A stretch of 64,000 nt of DNA from Patescibacteria group bacterium (GCA_041665145.1 JBAYJK010000001.1:293629-357628); one strand, 5' to 3'. Shown: positions 27,637 to 38,290, counted from the first letter of the stretch. Made by a program: numbers and translations. The notes: generated from the sequence alone by a model not told the origin.

Positions 27637-28727
27637 AAATAGATATTGTTGACATGGACAACCTGAGGAATCCATTCTGGGCTGCCGGACAGGCACGGGC
27701 AACGTTTGAGGTGAGTAGAATTCTCGCCAAGCATCATACAGTGACCGTACATTGTTCGAAATATCCGGGCTACTCTGACTATGTGCAGGACGGTGTCTCT
27801 TATGTGCATCACGGAGTTGTCGTGAACCAACCGCAGATTACGAATGCGGCGTTCATACTGTCAATTCCGTTTATCGTTTCGCGTATCCATTCGGATGTTA
27901 TAATCGAGAATTTTAACGCACCGTTTTCAGTGAGTTTTTCGCCGCTGTTCACAAAAATTCCGGTGATCGCATTGCCGACCATGTTTAATGCGGAAGCTTT
28001 TTCCAGAAAATATTTTCTACCGTTTTGGATTGTCGAAGCTATCGGGATGAAATTCTACCGGTACATGATGCCGTTTTCCACAGTCGGGGAAACAAAAGCA
28101 AAAAAATTGAACCGCAACATAATTACGAAAATTATTCCCGAGGGTGTCGGTCCGGATTTCTTTGCTGTTAAACCAGGAAAGAGCGAATATATTTTGTTTC
28201 TCGGCCGATTTGATATTGCCCAAAAAGGTATCGATCTGCTGCTGAAAGCGTATGCACGGATAAAAGAGAAAATCAATTACCCGCTTGTTGTTGCGGGACA
28301 CGGTTCGGATAAAAAGAAAATAGAAGACCTTATACAATCCCTGGGACTCACCGGTGCTGTTCAGCTTCACGGGGCTGTGTATGGCAAAGACAAAATGGAT
28401 CTTATCTCCCGGGCTCTGTTTGTGGCGTTTCCTTCACGACACGATGAAATGTCGATTTGGGCACTTGAGGCATTGGCCGCAGGGTTGCCGCTGGTTGGGT
28501 TCGATATTCCGGAGTGTGAATGGGCTCCAAACTCCGTCGCCCTTAAAGCGGAAGCGTATAATGTACCTGTATACGCAGATAGTTTACTGCGGGCAGCGGA
28601 ATTGAATGTGAACAAAAAAATGCGCCATGCGGCACGGGAATTTGCACGCTCTTTCACGTGGGAACATGTGGCATCGGAAATCGAAGCATTTATTATAGAA
28701 GTTATTAAACATCATGGACAAAAGTAG
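27633..28727 (+). CDS. GT4-family glycosyltransferase
   Basis: 364 aa with FLGRFDIAQKGIDLLL...FPSRHDEMSIWALEALAAGLPLVGFDIPE, as in the GT4 fold. Confidence 0.7.
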   Translation: MKIDIVDMDNLRNPFWAAGQARATFEVSRILAKHHTVTVHCSKYPGYSDYVQDGVSYVHHGVVVNQPQITNAAFILSIPFIVSRIHSDVIIENFNAPFSVSFSPLFTKIPVIALPTMFNAEAFSRKYFLPFWIVEAIGMKFYRYMMPFSTVGETKAKKLNRNIITKIIPEGVGPDFFAVKPGKSEYILFLGRFDIAQKGIDLLLKAYARIKEKINYPLVVAGHGSDKKKIEDLIQSLGLTGAVQLHGAVYGKDKMDLISRALFVAFPSRHDEMSIWALEALAAGLPLVGFDIPECEWAPNSVALKAEAYNVPVYADSLLRAAELNVNKKMRHAAREFARSFTWEHVASEIEAFIIEVIKHHGQK

Positions 28728-29142
28728 CATAAAGAAAACCAAACTCTCACACATCGTTCAGGTCCCGCAAATACATGACGAAGCTCTGTTGTGTTTTGCC
28801 GAAAGCGATAATCGGCATATCCCGTTTCAGATCAAACGTTTTTATTACATCAGAGATGTCGATAACGGTGCGGTCCGGGGAAAACACGCACACAAGAAAA
28901 CCAAACAGATGCTTTTCTGTCTTCAGGGATCAGTTTCTCTTATACTCGATAACGGTTTGGATAAAGAACACATACTTCTCAACAAACCGAATGAAGGGCT
29001 GTTTTTGGACGCGGGAATGTGGCACGAAATGGTCGACTTCAAAAAGAACACACTTCTTCTGATAGTTGCTTCAGATTTCTATGACGAATCTGACTATATT
29101 CGTGACTACACAAACTTTATCAAGTTCATAAAAAAAGCATGA
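28714..29142 (+). CDS. FdtA/WxcM-like sugar 3,4-ketoisomerase (cupin)
   Basis: 142 aa with IPFQIKRFYYIRDV...VRGKHAHKKTKQMLFCLQGSVSL...LFLDAGMWHEM, which matches the FdtA-type cupin pattern. Confidence 0.65.
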   Translation: MDKSSIKKTKLSHIVQVPQIHDEALLCFAESDNRHIPFQIKRFYYIRDVDNGAVRGKHAHKKTKQMLFCLQGSVSLILDNGLDKEHILLNKPNEGLFLDAGMWHEMVDFKKNTLLLIVASDFYDESDYIRDYTNFIKFIKKA

Positions 29143-30236
29143 TCCTCATGAATGATTTTAAGCGGGAATTCAAAGCGCTTGAGCAGGAGATTATGGACGC
29201 AGTTTCTACAACGCTCGGGAGCGGGTGGTATATTTTGGGTGAGCAGGTAGAAACATTCGAACGGAAATTTGCACATTTTGTCGGCGTAAAATATGCAGTG
29301 GGTGTCGCAAACGGACTGGAAGCGTTGCAGATTGCCCTGATGGCACATCATATAGGTTCGGGCGATGAAGTTCTGACTGTTGCAAACTCAGCTGTTGCAA
29401 CATCGCTGGCGATAACGGCAGTCGGTGCCCGGCCGGTATTTGTGGATATTGATGAATATGGACATATCGATATCGGTAAATTGGAATCGCACATGTCGGT
29501 TCATACTAAAGCGATCATTCCCGTCCACCTTTTCGGCCAAACAGTGGATGTTTCCGGTTTATTGAAATTTGCAGATCAGCATCGCCTGATCGTTATAGAA
29601 GATGCGTGTCAAGCACATGGCGCAACGTATGCGGGAAAACAGGCAGGATCGTTCGGCAATTGTGCCGCGTTCAGCTTTTATCCGACAAAGAATCTCGGAG
29701 CATATGGTGACGCAGGGGCGCTTACTATGAACAACAAAGAGCTTTATGAAACATGCAAAAAACTGCGCAATTACGGACAGAGAAACCGTTACAATCATGA
29801 GATTAAAGGAATTAACAGTCGTCTTGACGAAGTACAGGCTGCTATTTTAACTGTCAAACTCGGGCACCTGTCTGAATTTGTGAAGAAACGGAATCGTATT
29901 GCATCACTGTATTTAAAAGGTCTGGCGGATGTTCCGCACATAACGCTTCCGAAGATCCGGAAAAATTGTGTGCACTCCTTTCACCTTTTTGTTATAGAAG
30001 CCCGCGATAGGGATGGTTTGCGTAGTTTTCTGAAAGACAACGGGGTCGAGACGCAGGTGCACTACCCAACACCCATACATAAACAACAATGTTATACGGA
30101 ATTTTCTGCGGTATCCCTTCCGGTCACGGAAAAGATGGCAGATAGCATTCTTTCGTTACCCATACATCCGTACATGGAGGATGACGAAGTGTCCAGCGTA
30201 ATCAACCTTATTAAAAATTACTATGTATCAAAATAA
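29139..30236 (+). CDS. DegT/DnrJ/EryC1/StrS-family sugar aminotransferase
   Basis: 365 aa with YILGEQVETFERKFA, the FSFYPTKNLGAYGDAG block carrying the PLP lysine, and HYPTPIHKQ. Confidence 0.8.
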   Translation: MILMNDFKREFKALEQEIMDAVSTTLGSGWYILGEQVETFERKFAHFVGVKYAVGVANGLEALQIALMAHHIGSGDEVLTVANSAVATSLAITAVGARPVFVDIDEYGHIDIGKLESHMSVHTKAIIPVHLFGQTVDVSGLLKFADQHRLIVIEDACQAHGATYAGKQAGSFGNCAAFSFYPTKNLGAYGDAGALTMNNKELYETCKKLRNYGQRNRYNHEIKGINSRLDEVQAAILTVKLGHLSEFVKKRNRIASLYLKGLADVPHITLPKIRKNCVHSFHLFVIEARDRDGLRSFLKDNGVETQVHYPTPIHKQQCYTEFSAVSLPVTEKMADSILSLPIHPYMEDDEVSSVINLIKNYYVSK

Positions 30237-31158
30237 CATGACCAACGTTAAACACCCCACCGTTACTATTGCCATGTGCGCCTTGAATGAAGAGGCAAAT
30301 ATCGGCCAGCTGCTTACTTCGATCTTTGACCAGGAAACGGACGGTTTTGTCTTGGAAAAAATACTTCTTATTTCTGACGGTTCGACGGACAAAACTGTCG
30401 AGATCGCCCGCACATTTAAGTCCCGACTGTTTGAGATAAAGGATTACAAAGAAAGAAAAGGAAAGTCGTTTCGATTGAACGAGATCTATACAGGGGTAAA
30501 AAGCGATATTGTGGTTCAGCCTGACGCGGACGTCATACTTAAAAGTAAACACGTGATCAAAGACCTCATTGCGCCATATGCAACGGACAAGTCGATCGGC
30601 ATGACAGGGGGAAATGCATTGCCGCTACCCGCCGAGACATTTGTTGAACGTGCCGTGAATTTAACTCTTGCGGCGTATATCCCGTTCAAAAAGACCATCA
30701 ATAATGGAAATAATATTCTTTCAGCAACAGGCAGACTACTGTCACTCCGTCGGGAAGTATTTCAAAATATTACCGTTCCTCAAGACACCATCGCAAACGA
30801 CGGTTTCGTATATTTTTGTACACTTACTCAGGGATTCAAGTACCGGTTTGTGGAAACAGCTGAAGTTTTTTTCAGATCACCACAAACGCTCCATGATCAA
30901 ATCAGCCAGAATACGCGATTCTCGGCAACGCACACGTGGATGAAGAAATACTTTCCACCGGAAATGGTAGATCACGAATACAATATTCCCGCATCTGAAT
31001 TATCGAGGGCAATGCTCGTACAATTTATAAAGCATCCTGTATTGGGAGGGTATATTTTCTTAATAAACCGGTATTGTCGACTGCGTTCGTGGTTCTTAAA
31101 AAAGCGCATTAATGCAATTTGGGAGGTAGTTTATTCAACAAAAAGTCTACGAAAATAA
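30223..31158 (+). CDS. GT2-family glycosyltransferase
   Basis: VTIAMCALNEEANIGQLL...ISDGSTDKT...QPDADV motifs. Confidence 0.7.
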   Translation: MYQNNMTNVKHPTVTIAMCALNEEANIGQLLTSIFDQETDGFVLEKILLISDGSTDKTVEIARTFKSRLFEIKDYKERKGKSFRLNEIYTGVKSDIVVQPDADVILKSKHVIKDLIAPYATDKSIGMTGGNALPLPAETFVERAVNLTLAAYIPFKKTINNGNNILSATGRLLSLRREVFQNITVPQDTIANDGFVYFCTLTQGFKYRFVETAEVFFRSPQTLHDQISQNTRFSATHTWMKKYFPPEMVDHEYNIPASELSRAMLVQFIKHPVLGGYIFLINRYCRLRSWFLKKRINAIWEVVYSTKSLRK

Positions 31159-31159
31159 C

Positions 31160-31921
31160 ATGGACAATCTTAAAGAATTAATCTATTCCTTTTTCTTTAA
31201 ACGGCCGGTTGTTGAAGTGGAAGCCTATTCATTGTCGGGCAAAGTGGTTATTGTTACCGGGGCGAGTAAGGGGTTGGGTTACGAAACAACAAAATTACTT
31301 CTCAAAAGCGGGGCAAAAGTTATCGCGGTTTCACGGGACAAACGGGAGTTGCAGCGGGTTTTTGGTACATTTGAACGATCATCCGTTTTGCTCGTGGAGG
31401 CGGATGTGCGAACCCGTGCCGCATGTTTTTCAGTGGTGCAAAAAGGATTGAAGAAGTTCGGGCACATAGATGCGCTGGTCAGTAATGCGGGGTTGTTCGT
31501 CGGCGGTCCGATTGAAAGTGTCCGTGCTGACGAAATAGAAAATGCATTCGCAACGAATGTTTTCAGTGGTATCTCCATGGTTCAGGCAATCGCTTCACAT
31601 TTTAAACAACAAAAATCCGGAAGCATACTTATTGTCGGGTCACGGATCAGTCATAATTCGAATGTGGCTCCGAACATGACGATATATGCAACGTCGAAAT
31701 ATGCTATCGAAGGTTTTGCGACGGCTCTTGCCCAAGAAATGCAACCGTTCGGTGTAAGTGTCAGTTGTATACTGCCGGGAACCATGGATACAAAGCGTTC
31801 CATACATGCCCGAAATCAACTGCCGGGTCGGAGCGTTGCCCAATTAGTGCTGTTTATTGTTGCACATCCCGATATTATGTTTGAAAGAGTCATTATCAGA
31901 TCACTGTTTAACAAAGCATGA
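31160..31921 (+). CDS. short-chain dehydrogenase/reductase (SDR)
   Basis: VIVTGASKGLGYE (TGxxxGxG) and YATSKYAIEG (YxxxK). Confidence 0.8.
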   Translation: MDNLKELIYSFFFKRPVVEVEAYSLSGKVVIVTGASKGLGYETTKLLLKSGAKVIAVSRDKRELQRVFGTFERSSVLLVEADVRTRAACFSVVQKGLKKFGHIDALVSNAGLFVGGPIESVRADEIENAFATNVFSGISMVQAIASHFKQQKSGSILIVGSRISHNSNVAPNMTIYATSKYAIEGFATALAQEMQPFGVSVSCILPGTMDTKRSIHARNQLPGRSVAQLVLFIVAHPDIMFERVIIRSLFNKA

Positions 31922-33447
31922 AATTTTTTAAACCGATTCTATTAGCGGTAACCGCATTGGCGGTAATCGTATTCTATATTCTTACAATCAAAGGTGTCCC
32001 GGGAAACCCGGACATCACCAAATTCAGCATGTTGCAGACCGCGACCAAACCGTTTGAATCATCGCATAACAGAGCGCCCTACGCGTTGACCATGTCACTT
32101 GTTGACCGGCAATCGTTTGAACTGACGAAAGCGCAGGCAGACTTCGGGGCACCGGATGTGGGGTATCGCAATAACAAATTCTACATTCTTTTCCCGCCGG
32201 GTATTTCAATTATTTCCATACCGTTTTACATAATGGGGAGTTCATGGAATATGGCACAAGTTGTTACGTTTGCCGGACTGGGAATTTTCTTTGTGCTGAA
32301 CATGTTTTTTTTATATGTAATTGCACGCACATTGTTTCGATTACCGACGGTAACCGCATTGATTCCTCCGTTGGTTTTCGGATTTGCTTCCAGCGCCTGG
32401 GTTTACGCCTCATCTTTGTATCAACACAACGTAACTACTTTTCTGTTGCTTTCCGGCCTCTATGCCGTATGGCATTACCGGAACGGGAAGCGGGGAAAAT
32501 TGTTCGCGCTGTGTTACGTATGGTTTGCATACGGGATTTCGTTTTTTATTGATTATCCGAATTTGTTTTTGCTGCTCGGAGTAATGATTTATCTACTCTG
32601 GTCAACGGTGACCGTTACATCCCGTCAGCGCAAACAGCTTGTTTCGGTAAACATGCTTCCGGTGTATACGATTGTTTTCTTTATTGCGGCCGTTTCCATG
32701 CATTTATATTACAACGCGGCAGTATTCGGGGGACCGTTCAAATTCAGCGGGGCGCTCAAACGGTACGATAAAATTCTGACCGCACTCCCTTCGGCAAGCA
32801 CGGCTACTTCTTCCGCTACAGTAACAAAAGCGACCACCGAAGAGCAGTTTGTCAGTCCGTTCAGCGAAACCAAGCTGTTTACCGGAGTACAGACGCTTAC
32901 GGTGAGTTGGGACAGGGGATTGTTTTTCTTTTTTCCCGTATTTACCGTGGCGATTCTTGGAATATGGCAGCTGCTGAAAAAACCGTTTCTCGAAGGATAT
33001 ATCGTGCTCTTAATTGCAGGCATTAATGTATTTGTGTATGCAAGTTTTTGGGATCCCTGGGGTGGTTGGGCCTATGGTCCTCGGTATCTGATTCCGGCTA
33101 TGGCCGTGCTTGCGCTGTTTGTCGGGGTAGCCTTTCAAAATTGCAAATGGCGTTTGTGCAAACTGTCGCTATTGCCGTTATTTTTGTATTCAAGCTTTAT
33201 CTCTCTGATTGGAACGCTGACGACGGAAGCGGTACCTCCGAAAGTGGAAGCTGATTTTCTGAAGATGAGTTACAACTTCTTTCATAATTTGCAATTTCTC
33301 GCAAGCAATACAAGCGGAGTGTACGTTTTTAACGAATTTATTAAGCCTCACCTGACATTGCATGCGTACTTCATAGTATTGTGGATTTTTCTGAATATTC
33401 TTTTTACAAGTATCGTTCTCTACGCTCTTCATGAAAAAAATAACTGA
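31918..33447 (+). CDS. polytopic membrane protein, probable GT-C-type (ArnT/PMT-like) glycosyltransferase
   Basis: 509 aa with more than 10 predicted TM segments, in a glycosylation operon. The family assignment rests on architecture only. Confidence 0.4.
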   Translation: MKFFKPILLAVTALAVIVFYILTIKGVPGNPDITKFSMLQTATKPFESSHNRAPYALTMSLVDRQSFELTKAQADFGAPDVGYRNNKFYILFPPGISIISIPFYIMGSSWNMAQVVTFAGLGIFFVLNMFFLYVIARTLFRLPTVTALIPPLVFGFASSAWVYASSLYQHNVTTFLLLSGLYAVWHYRNGKRGKLFALCYVWFAYGISFFIDYPNLFLLLGVMIYLLWSTVTVTSRQRKQLVSVNMLPVYTIVFFIAAVSMHLYYNAAVFGGPFKFSGALKRYDKILTALPSASTATSSATVTKATTEEQFVSPFSETKLFTGVQTLTVSWDRGLFFFFPVFTVAILGIWQLLKKPFLEGYIVLLIAGINVFVYASFWDPWGGWAYGPRYLIPAMAVLALFVGVAFQNCKWRLCKLSLLPLFLYSSFISLIGTLTTEAVPPKVEADFLKMSYNFFHNLQFLASNTSGVYVFNEFIKPHLTLHAYFIVLWIFLNILFTSIVLYALHEKNN

Positions 33448-35119
33448 CCATATAAAAAAGAATCCGTTTACATTTCGCGCGACATTTCAAAAGATCGCAG
33501 TTGATGTGACGCCGACCTGGATTCGCAAGAAAGTGCAGTGGCTTGAAAAACGTATTTCGATCAAGCTGGTTTTGTGTCTGGCAGTGATTTTGGCCATTGC
33601 TGCAACAACGCTTTCTTTGTCCAAAGATTGGATCATTGTGTACGGAGATTCGGAATCACATTTGAATATCGCCAAACGCGTTATCCATAGCATTACGCCG
33701 GGTTTTGCACAGCTTGGTGGTATATGGCTGCCGTTGCCCCATTTGCTTATGGTGCCATTTGTCATGATAGAACCGTTATATCGGACGGGACTGGCGGGGT
33801 CCATCGTGTCCGGAATTGCCTATGTCATTTCCGCCGTCTATTTATATAAGCTGACGTATTCAATTACGAACTCTAAAATATCTGCCTTCATTGCATTCGT
33901 TGTTTTTGCAACGAATCCGAATGCCCTGTATATGCAATCGACCCCCATGACCGAGTTGCCGTTAACTGCATTTTTCCTTCTTTCAAGTTATTACTTTATC
34001 CGTTTTATCAGCTCCGGAAGTATTTCGTCGATGATGCTTGCCGGATTATTCGGATTTTGTGCAACCCTTTCAAGGTATGACGGCTGGTTTTTGGTCGCGT
34101 TTGAAGCGCTGATTATTGTTCTTGTGCATTTTTGGAACGAAGGGACATTTTCCCTGGTTTTTAAACGGAGAATTGATCAGATTTTAGAAACGTTCCAGAA
34201 AGCGCAAGGGAAACTGGTGCTTTTTTCCACGGTTGCATTTTTCGGGATTATTATCTGGATGGCGTGGGATTTCCTGATACTCGGAGATCCGTTCTATTTT
34301 ACGAACAGTCAATTCTCGGCACGCGCTCAGCAGGAGAACTGGTTCCGTAGGGGTGAGCTTCCGGCAAAAGGCGACCTGCCGCTTGCGTTTGTTTACTTTC
34401 TGGTGACATCCATGAGTTCCGGCGGTATTCTGCTGTCACTGGTGGCGCTTATAGGGATGTACCTATACATTACGAGCACCGAGAAAAAGAAATGGTTTGT
34501 TGTTCTGGTTCTGTTGGTTCCGTTTATCTTCAACGTTTTTACGCTTTTTGTGGGACAGTCGGTTATTTTCATCCCGCATGTAACCCCGCGATCATTTGAG
34601 TGGACGCTCTTTAACGTTCGCTATGGAATGCTTATGCTTCCGGTGATCGCACTTTTTTTCGGGTATCTGTACCATAAAGGAAAAACCCTAGTCCGGGCAC
34701 TCCTGATTTTATTGATTGTCATGCAATTTGCGTTGTATACCGTCGGTTACTCACAGGCGATTTCGTTGCAGGACGGTTTGGTAGGACTGTCGAGCGCTAA
34801 ACGGCCTGACGCCGAAACATGGATGCGAAAAAACTACGATCACGGGCTGGTGCTTCTGGACGACTACGCGCGTTCCATCAGTATTATCCGTGCCGGGATA
34901 CCGATGCAGAACATTATTTATGTCGGTAACAAACCGTATTGGGAAATTTCTTTAAAGAAACCTTCGGCATATGCCCGATGGATAGTCATGCAACGGGACG
35001 ACAGTGTGTGGAAAGCGATTATTGATGATAAGCATATGAGTGATCAGTTGTATACTTATTTCCAGAAAGTATATACATCGAAAGAAGTGTTAATATTTAG
35101 AAGAATACCGGGAAAATAA
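33431..35119 (+). CDS. polytopic membrane protein, probable GT-C-type (ArnT/PMT-like) glycosyltransferase
   Basis: 562 aa with many TM segments followed by a C-terminal soluble domain. It is adjacent to a similar gene. Confidence 0.4.
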   Translation: MKKITDHIKKNPFTFRATFQKIAVDVTPTWIRKKVQWLEKRISIKLVLCLAVILAIAATTLSLSKDWIIVYGDSESHLNIAKRVIHSITPGFAQLGGIWLPLPHLLMVPFVMIEPLYRTGLAGSIVSGIAYVISAVYLYKLTYSITNSKISAFIAFVVFATNPNALYMQSTPMTELPLTAFFLLSSYYFIRFISSGSISSMMLAGLFGFCATLSRYDGWFLVAFEALIIVLVHFWNEGTFSLVFKRRIDQILETFQKAQGKLVLFSTVAFFGIIIWMAWDFLILGDPFYFTNSQFSARAQQENWFRRGELPAKGDLPLAFVYFLVTSMSSGGILLSLVALIGMYLYITSTEKKKWFVVLVLLVPFIFNVFTLFVGQSVIFIPHVTPRSFEWTLFNVRYGMLMLPVIALFFGYLYHKGKTLVRALLILLIVMQFALYTVGYSQAISLQDGLVGLSSAKRPDAETWMRKNYDHGLVLLDDYARSISIIRAGIPMQNIIYVGNKPYWEISLKKPSAYARWIVMQRDDSVWKAIIDDKHMSDQLYTYFQKVYTSKEVLIFRRIPGK

Positions 35120-35120
35120 T

Positions 35121-35621
35121 ATGCTGTATAAATTAAAAGAATTGCTGTATCAATTCATCATGTGCGGGTATTTTCGTATTCACCGGACATACCTGGGCTT
35201 ATTCGTGAAAAAGATGGGTAAAAACGTTGAAATTTGGAGGTCGGTGCACTTTATGGATCCGAAAAATATTTCCATCGGTGATAATGTCATGTTGGCGAGA
35301 AACGTCGATCTTTACGGATTCGGAGGTTTGGAAATCGGAAACCACACGGCAATCGGAGCATATTCCGCCATTATTACCCATAATCATATATTTACGGATA
35401 ACAACAAACCTATTCTGGAACAGGGTCATAAGAGGGAAAAAGTAACCATCGGCACAGATGTGTGGATCGGCACCCATGCCATAATTCTTCCGGGAGTGAC
35501 CATCGGTAATGGGGCTGTTATCGGGGCGGGGGCGGTCGTCACAAAAGACGTGCCGAAATACGCGGTGGTTGTTGGAAACCCAGGGAAGATTGTGAAATAC
35601 AGAAATTCAAAAATCAAATAA
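35121..35621 (+). CDS. hexapeptide-repeat (LbH) acetyltransferase
   Basis: [31 protein letters not shown]...[51 protein letters not shown]. Confidence 0.8.
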   Translation: MLYKLKELLYQFIMCGYFRIHRTYLGLFVKKMGKNVEIWRSVHFMDPKNISIGDNVMLARNVDLYGFGGLEIGNHTAIGAYSAIITHNHIFTDNNKPILEQGHKREKVTIGTDVWIGTHAIILPGVTIGNGAVIGAGAVVTKDVPKYAVVVGNPGKIVKYRNSKIK

Positions 35622-35724
35622 CAACCCTCAAATCAAATTCAAAGTTCAAATGACAACCTTCAAAAGGTTTTGAATTTTAGATTTGGAATTTGATTTGTCA
35701 TTTGTAGATTTGAATTTTGAATTT
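35602..35724. repeat. AT-rich inverted-repeat hairpin element, gene-less form (copy A)
   Basis: The left arm is GAAATTCAAAAATCAAATAACAA... and the right arm is ...TGATTTGTCATTTGTAGATTTGAATTTTGAATTT. The element overlaps the stop codon of the upstream gene. Confidence 0.85.
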
Positions 35725-35746
35725 GTGAATGTACTAGAATGTTAGT

Positions 35747-35965
35747 ATGTACCTTCTATCACTCTTTCCTATAAAACTCAGCATTCATCAATTAGTGCTT
35801 ATCACCAACTCCATAGTTTTAATCGGCCTTTTGATTGCCGTGGAACTGTGGTCGACAAATGACACCCATAAAGACAAAGCGAAATATTACTACCCGCTGA
35901 TTATGTTGTTTATATTCCTCATGATGTATGCCGGATATGTACAGTTTGCAACACCCAACCTATGA
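35747..35965 (+). CDS. small membrane protein
   Basis: 72 aa with two hydrophobic helices. TAGAAT lies 6 nt upstream of the ATG, and the stop overlaps the next start as ATGA. Confidence 0.4.
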   Translation: MYLLSLFPIKLSIHQLVLITNSIVLIGLLIAVELWSTNDTHKDKAKYYYPLIMLFIFLMMYAGYVQFATPNL

Positions 35966-36705
35966 GTAACTTACGTAAAAACCAAATTTTCATTGCACTT
36001 GCCGCCATTCTTATACTCGCATCACGCATGATCTCTTTTTATTCCCAGGACTACGGGTATCTGGTAAATACAACGCTCTTTGTCGTGTTTGTGTTGTTAA
36101 GCATGTACCGGAAAGATTTACAGAGAGTGCTTATATTACTCTCGGTTATTCCTGCCGCCACAGTTTTCACCATTTCTCTTCCCGTTCCGGCTATTTTCCA
36201 AACACTTCTTTTTTACGCCGCCATATTCCTGACAGGTTTGATTTACTGGTATTTTTTTGAGGAGCAAAAAAAAGTAACCGTATTGCGCTCCGTCACCGCC
36301 AAGCAACTGGTTGTGGGTGTCATCGCCGGGCAAGCGCTCGGGATCGCAAGTTATGTGTTGCTTCCCAAAGTGTATTGGCCGCAGGAGCTCATGACTGCCG
36401 GGCGCATAACTGTTCCCCTGGTTTTTCTTATTTTTATATTGCTTGCAATAACCGAAGAATTGTACTTTCGCCGTTTATTGCAGAAGGAGGTGGGGGAAGT
36501 GGTGAACCCGCATAATGCGCTCGCACTTTCGGCGTGGCTCTACGCATCCCTTGCCGGATCTTTGGGTTTCGGCGTCACATTCTTAGCGCTTGTTGCGGGA
36601 ATCACAATGGCACTCTTGTATTCGGAGAACAAATCGACACTCCAAACGGTCATAGTAAATATCACTATGAAGCTTGTTTTTCTTGCCGCTATCTTCCTTA
36701 TGTGA
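35962..36705 (+). CDS. CPBP-family (CAAX protease-like) intramembrane protease
   Basis: Polytopic protein with the ITEELYFRRLLQ motif (EExxxR), diagnostic of the CPBP/Rce1-like family. Confidence 0.7.
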   Translation: MSNLRKNQIFIALAAILILASRMISFYSQDYGYLVNTTLFVVFVLLSMYRKDLQRVLILLSVIPAATVFTISLPVPAIFQTLLFYAAIFLTGLIYWYFFEEQKKVTVLRSVTAKQLVVGVIAGQALGIASYVLLPKVYWPQELMTAGRITVPLVFLIFILLAITEELYFRRLLQKEVGEVVNPHNALALSAWLYASLAGSLGFGVTFLALVAGITMALLYSENKSTLQTVIVNITMKLVFLAAIFLM

Positions 36706-36749
36706 TTATGATCATTGTGTTGTGAAGAGTAATGATGTATATTGACATC

Positions 36750-37193
36750 ATGAAATCCCGTTTAGCAGGTTTTATTGCCCTGTTTTTATGCCTTTCATTG
36801 TTGATGGTTCCTGCTGTTTTGGCAAATAACCCAGGAGTAACCAGAGTTAGGGGAAATGTCTATGATCAAGACAACGGGGGAGCGGGAATCGGTGGTCTCA
36901 CCGTCAACGTAACTTGCAACGGAAATTCACGAAACGCCACAACTGACGGCAACGGATTATATGTGGTCGACTATACCCGTTCGGAATGCCCGCAGTTTGG
37001 ACCGGTCAGTTCTGCCGTTTCGCACAACGGACAATCCCAGTCTGACACGGTATATGTATCCGACGTGTATACTGCTACGATGGACTTTTACTTCGGGACG
37101 ATAAGCGTTCCGGAATTCGGCATGATCCCGGGAGCGATTGCGGCAATTGGATCAATTGGAACATACCTGGCACTTAGGAGAAAGAGAACCTAA
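36750..37193 (+). CDS. small secreted protein with a C-terminal VPEFG-TM-RRKR sorting signal (PEF/PEFG-CTERM-like)
   Basis: Signal peptide MKSRLAGFIALFLCLSLLMVPAVLA. A carboxypeptidase-regulatory-like beta domain (RGNVYDQDN...GLTVNVTCNGNSRNATTDGNGLY). The C-terminus is ISVPEFGMIPGAIAAIGSIGTYLALRRKRT. The start is trimmed from the ORF-track 36732, with TATATT 6 nt upstream. Confidence 0.65.
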   Translation: MKSRLAGFIALFLCLSLLMVPAVLANNPGVTRVRGNVYDQDNGGAGIGGLTVNVTCNGNSRNATTDGNGLYVVDYTRSECPQFGPVSSAVSHNGQSQSDTVYVSDVYTATMDFYFGTISVPEFGMIPGAIAAIGSIGTYLALRRKRT

Positions 37194-37315
37194 ATTCAAA
37201 GCTCAAATCTACAACCTTCAAATCAAATTCAAAATTCAAATGATAACCTTCAAAAAGTTTTGAATTTTAGATTTTGAATTTGATTTGTCATTTGTCTATT
37301 TGAATTTTGAATTTT
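37192..37315. repeat. AT-rich inverted-repeat hairpin element, gene-less form (copy B)
   Basis: AAATTCAAAGCTCAAATCTACAA...TGATTTGTCATTTGTCTATTTGAATTTTGAATTT. It starts inside the upstream stop codon. Confidence 0.85.
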
Positions 37316-37340
37316 ACTCATCTGCGCCTATAATACCTCT

Positions 37341-38288
37341 ATGCCTTTATTAAAGCGCTTACTCTTATTTTCTGCGCTGTTTATTGTCCTCTCCGGCCTT
37401 GTGGGTCCGTGGGTGATCAGCACCAAGCTTCTCTACGGTTTCTATTTCTTTATCTACCCGAACATGGGGAAGTTACTCATGTTTTCGTTTATCGTGTTTG
37501 TACTTCTTACAAAAGACAAGTTGAATTCAATCGGTGTCATCCCCGCGAAGGCGGGGATCCAGGAGCATCTGGATTCCCGGTCACGTATGCCGGGAATGAC
37601 AGTATCAACTATTCTTTGTTTTCTTTCCTTCGTTCTTTTGATTCCCTTCTACGTATTCGGAAACATGTTGCTCAAAGAACCTTCATTTTTCACCAATCTT
37701 CCTCTTTCTCTCTTTGTTCATTTCCTGTTAATTTCTTCTGTTTTGACTTTATTTGTTTCGGTTTTCGGATTTCGATATTCGATTTTTTTTGCAAAGCAGT
37801 TTAAACGTGAACTAGTTGTCTGTTGCCTGTTGTCTGTTATCTACTATTTCGCGATTTTTTACGTATGGCATTTCTGGCCCCTACTTTCTGACGCAGTTTT
37901 GCAGTCGGTAAAATTCCTGTTCTCCCTATCATATAAAGACGTTATGTTTATTCCTCCACGTGCATTGTACGTTCACAACTTTACGGTGAGTATTGAAGAA
38001 GCCTGTTCGGGCCTCGACAGCATGTTCTTGTTTACGACGCTGTACATACTTATTGGGATTGTTGAACGGAAAACATTCAACATTGCTAAATTGTTGCTAT
38101 TGCTACCCGTAGCGCTTGTCGGCTTATTTCTTGTGAATGTTCTGCGCGTGTATACGCTTATTCTCGTCGGTGTGCTCATAGATCCGAAGCTGACCGTACA
38201 ACTCTTTCACACGTACCTTGGTATGGTTCTCTTCATGGTCTACTTTGCCTTATTTTGGAAAATCTTTTACGGATGGATGAGGAAGTAG
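37341..38288 (+). CDS. exosortase/archaeosortase-family transpeptidase
   Basis: Polytopic protein with the family Cys/Arg/His signature blocks: SIEEACSGLDSMF, LVNVLRVYTLIL and FHTYLGMVLF. It carries an in-frame GC-rich repeat insertion (see findings). Confidence 0.7.
   Translation: MPLLKRLLLFSALFIVLSGLVGPWVISTKLLYGFYFFIYPNMGKLLMFSFIVFVLLTKDKLNSIGVIPAKAGIQEHLDSRSRMPGMTVSTILCFLSFVLLIPFYVFGNMLLKEPSFFTNLPLSLFVHFLLISSVLTLFVSVFGFRYSIFFAKQFKRELVVCCLLSVIYYFAIFYVWHFWPLLSDAVLQSVKFLFSLSYKDVMFIPPRALYVHNFTVSIEEACSGLDSMFLFTTLYILIGIVERKTFNIAKLLLLLPVALVGLFLVNVLRVYTLILVGVLIDPKLTVQLFHTYLGMVLFMVYFALFWKIFYGWMRK
37536..37601. repeat. GC-rich triple-hairpin palindromic element (copy 1), in frame inside the exosortase CDS
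   Basis: GTCAT-CCCCGCGAAGGCGGGG-ATCCAGGAGCATCTGGAT-TCCCGGTCACGTATGCCGGGA-ATGAC, translated as VIPAKAGIQEHLDSRSRMPGMT. Confidence 0.8.
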
Positions 38289-38290
38289 GC

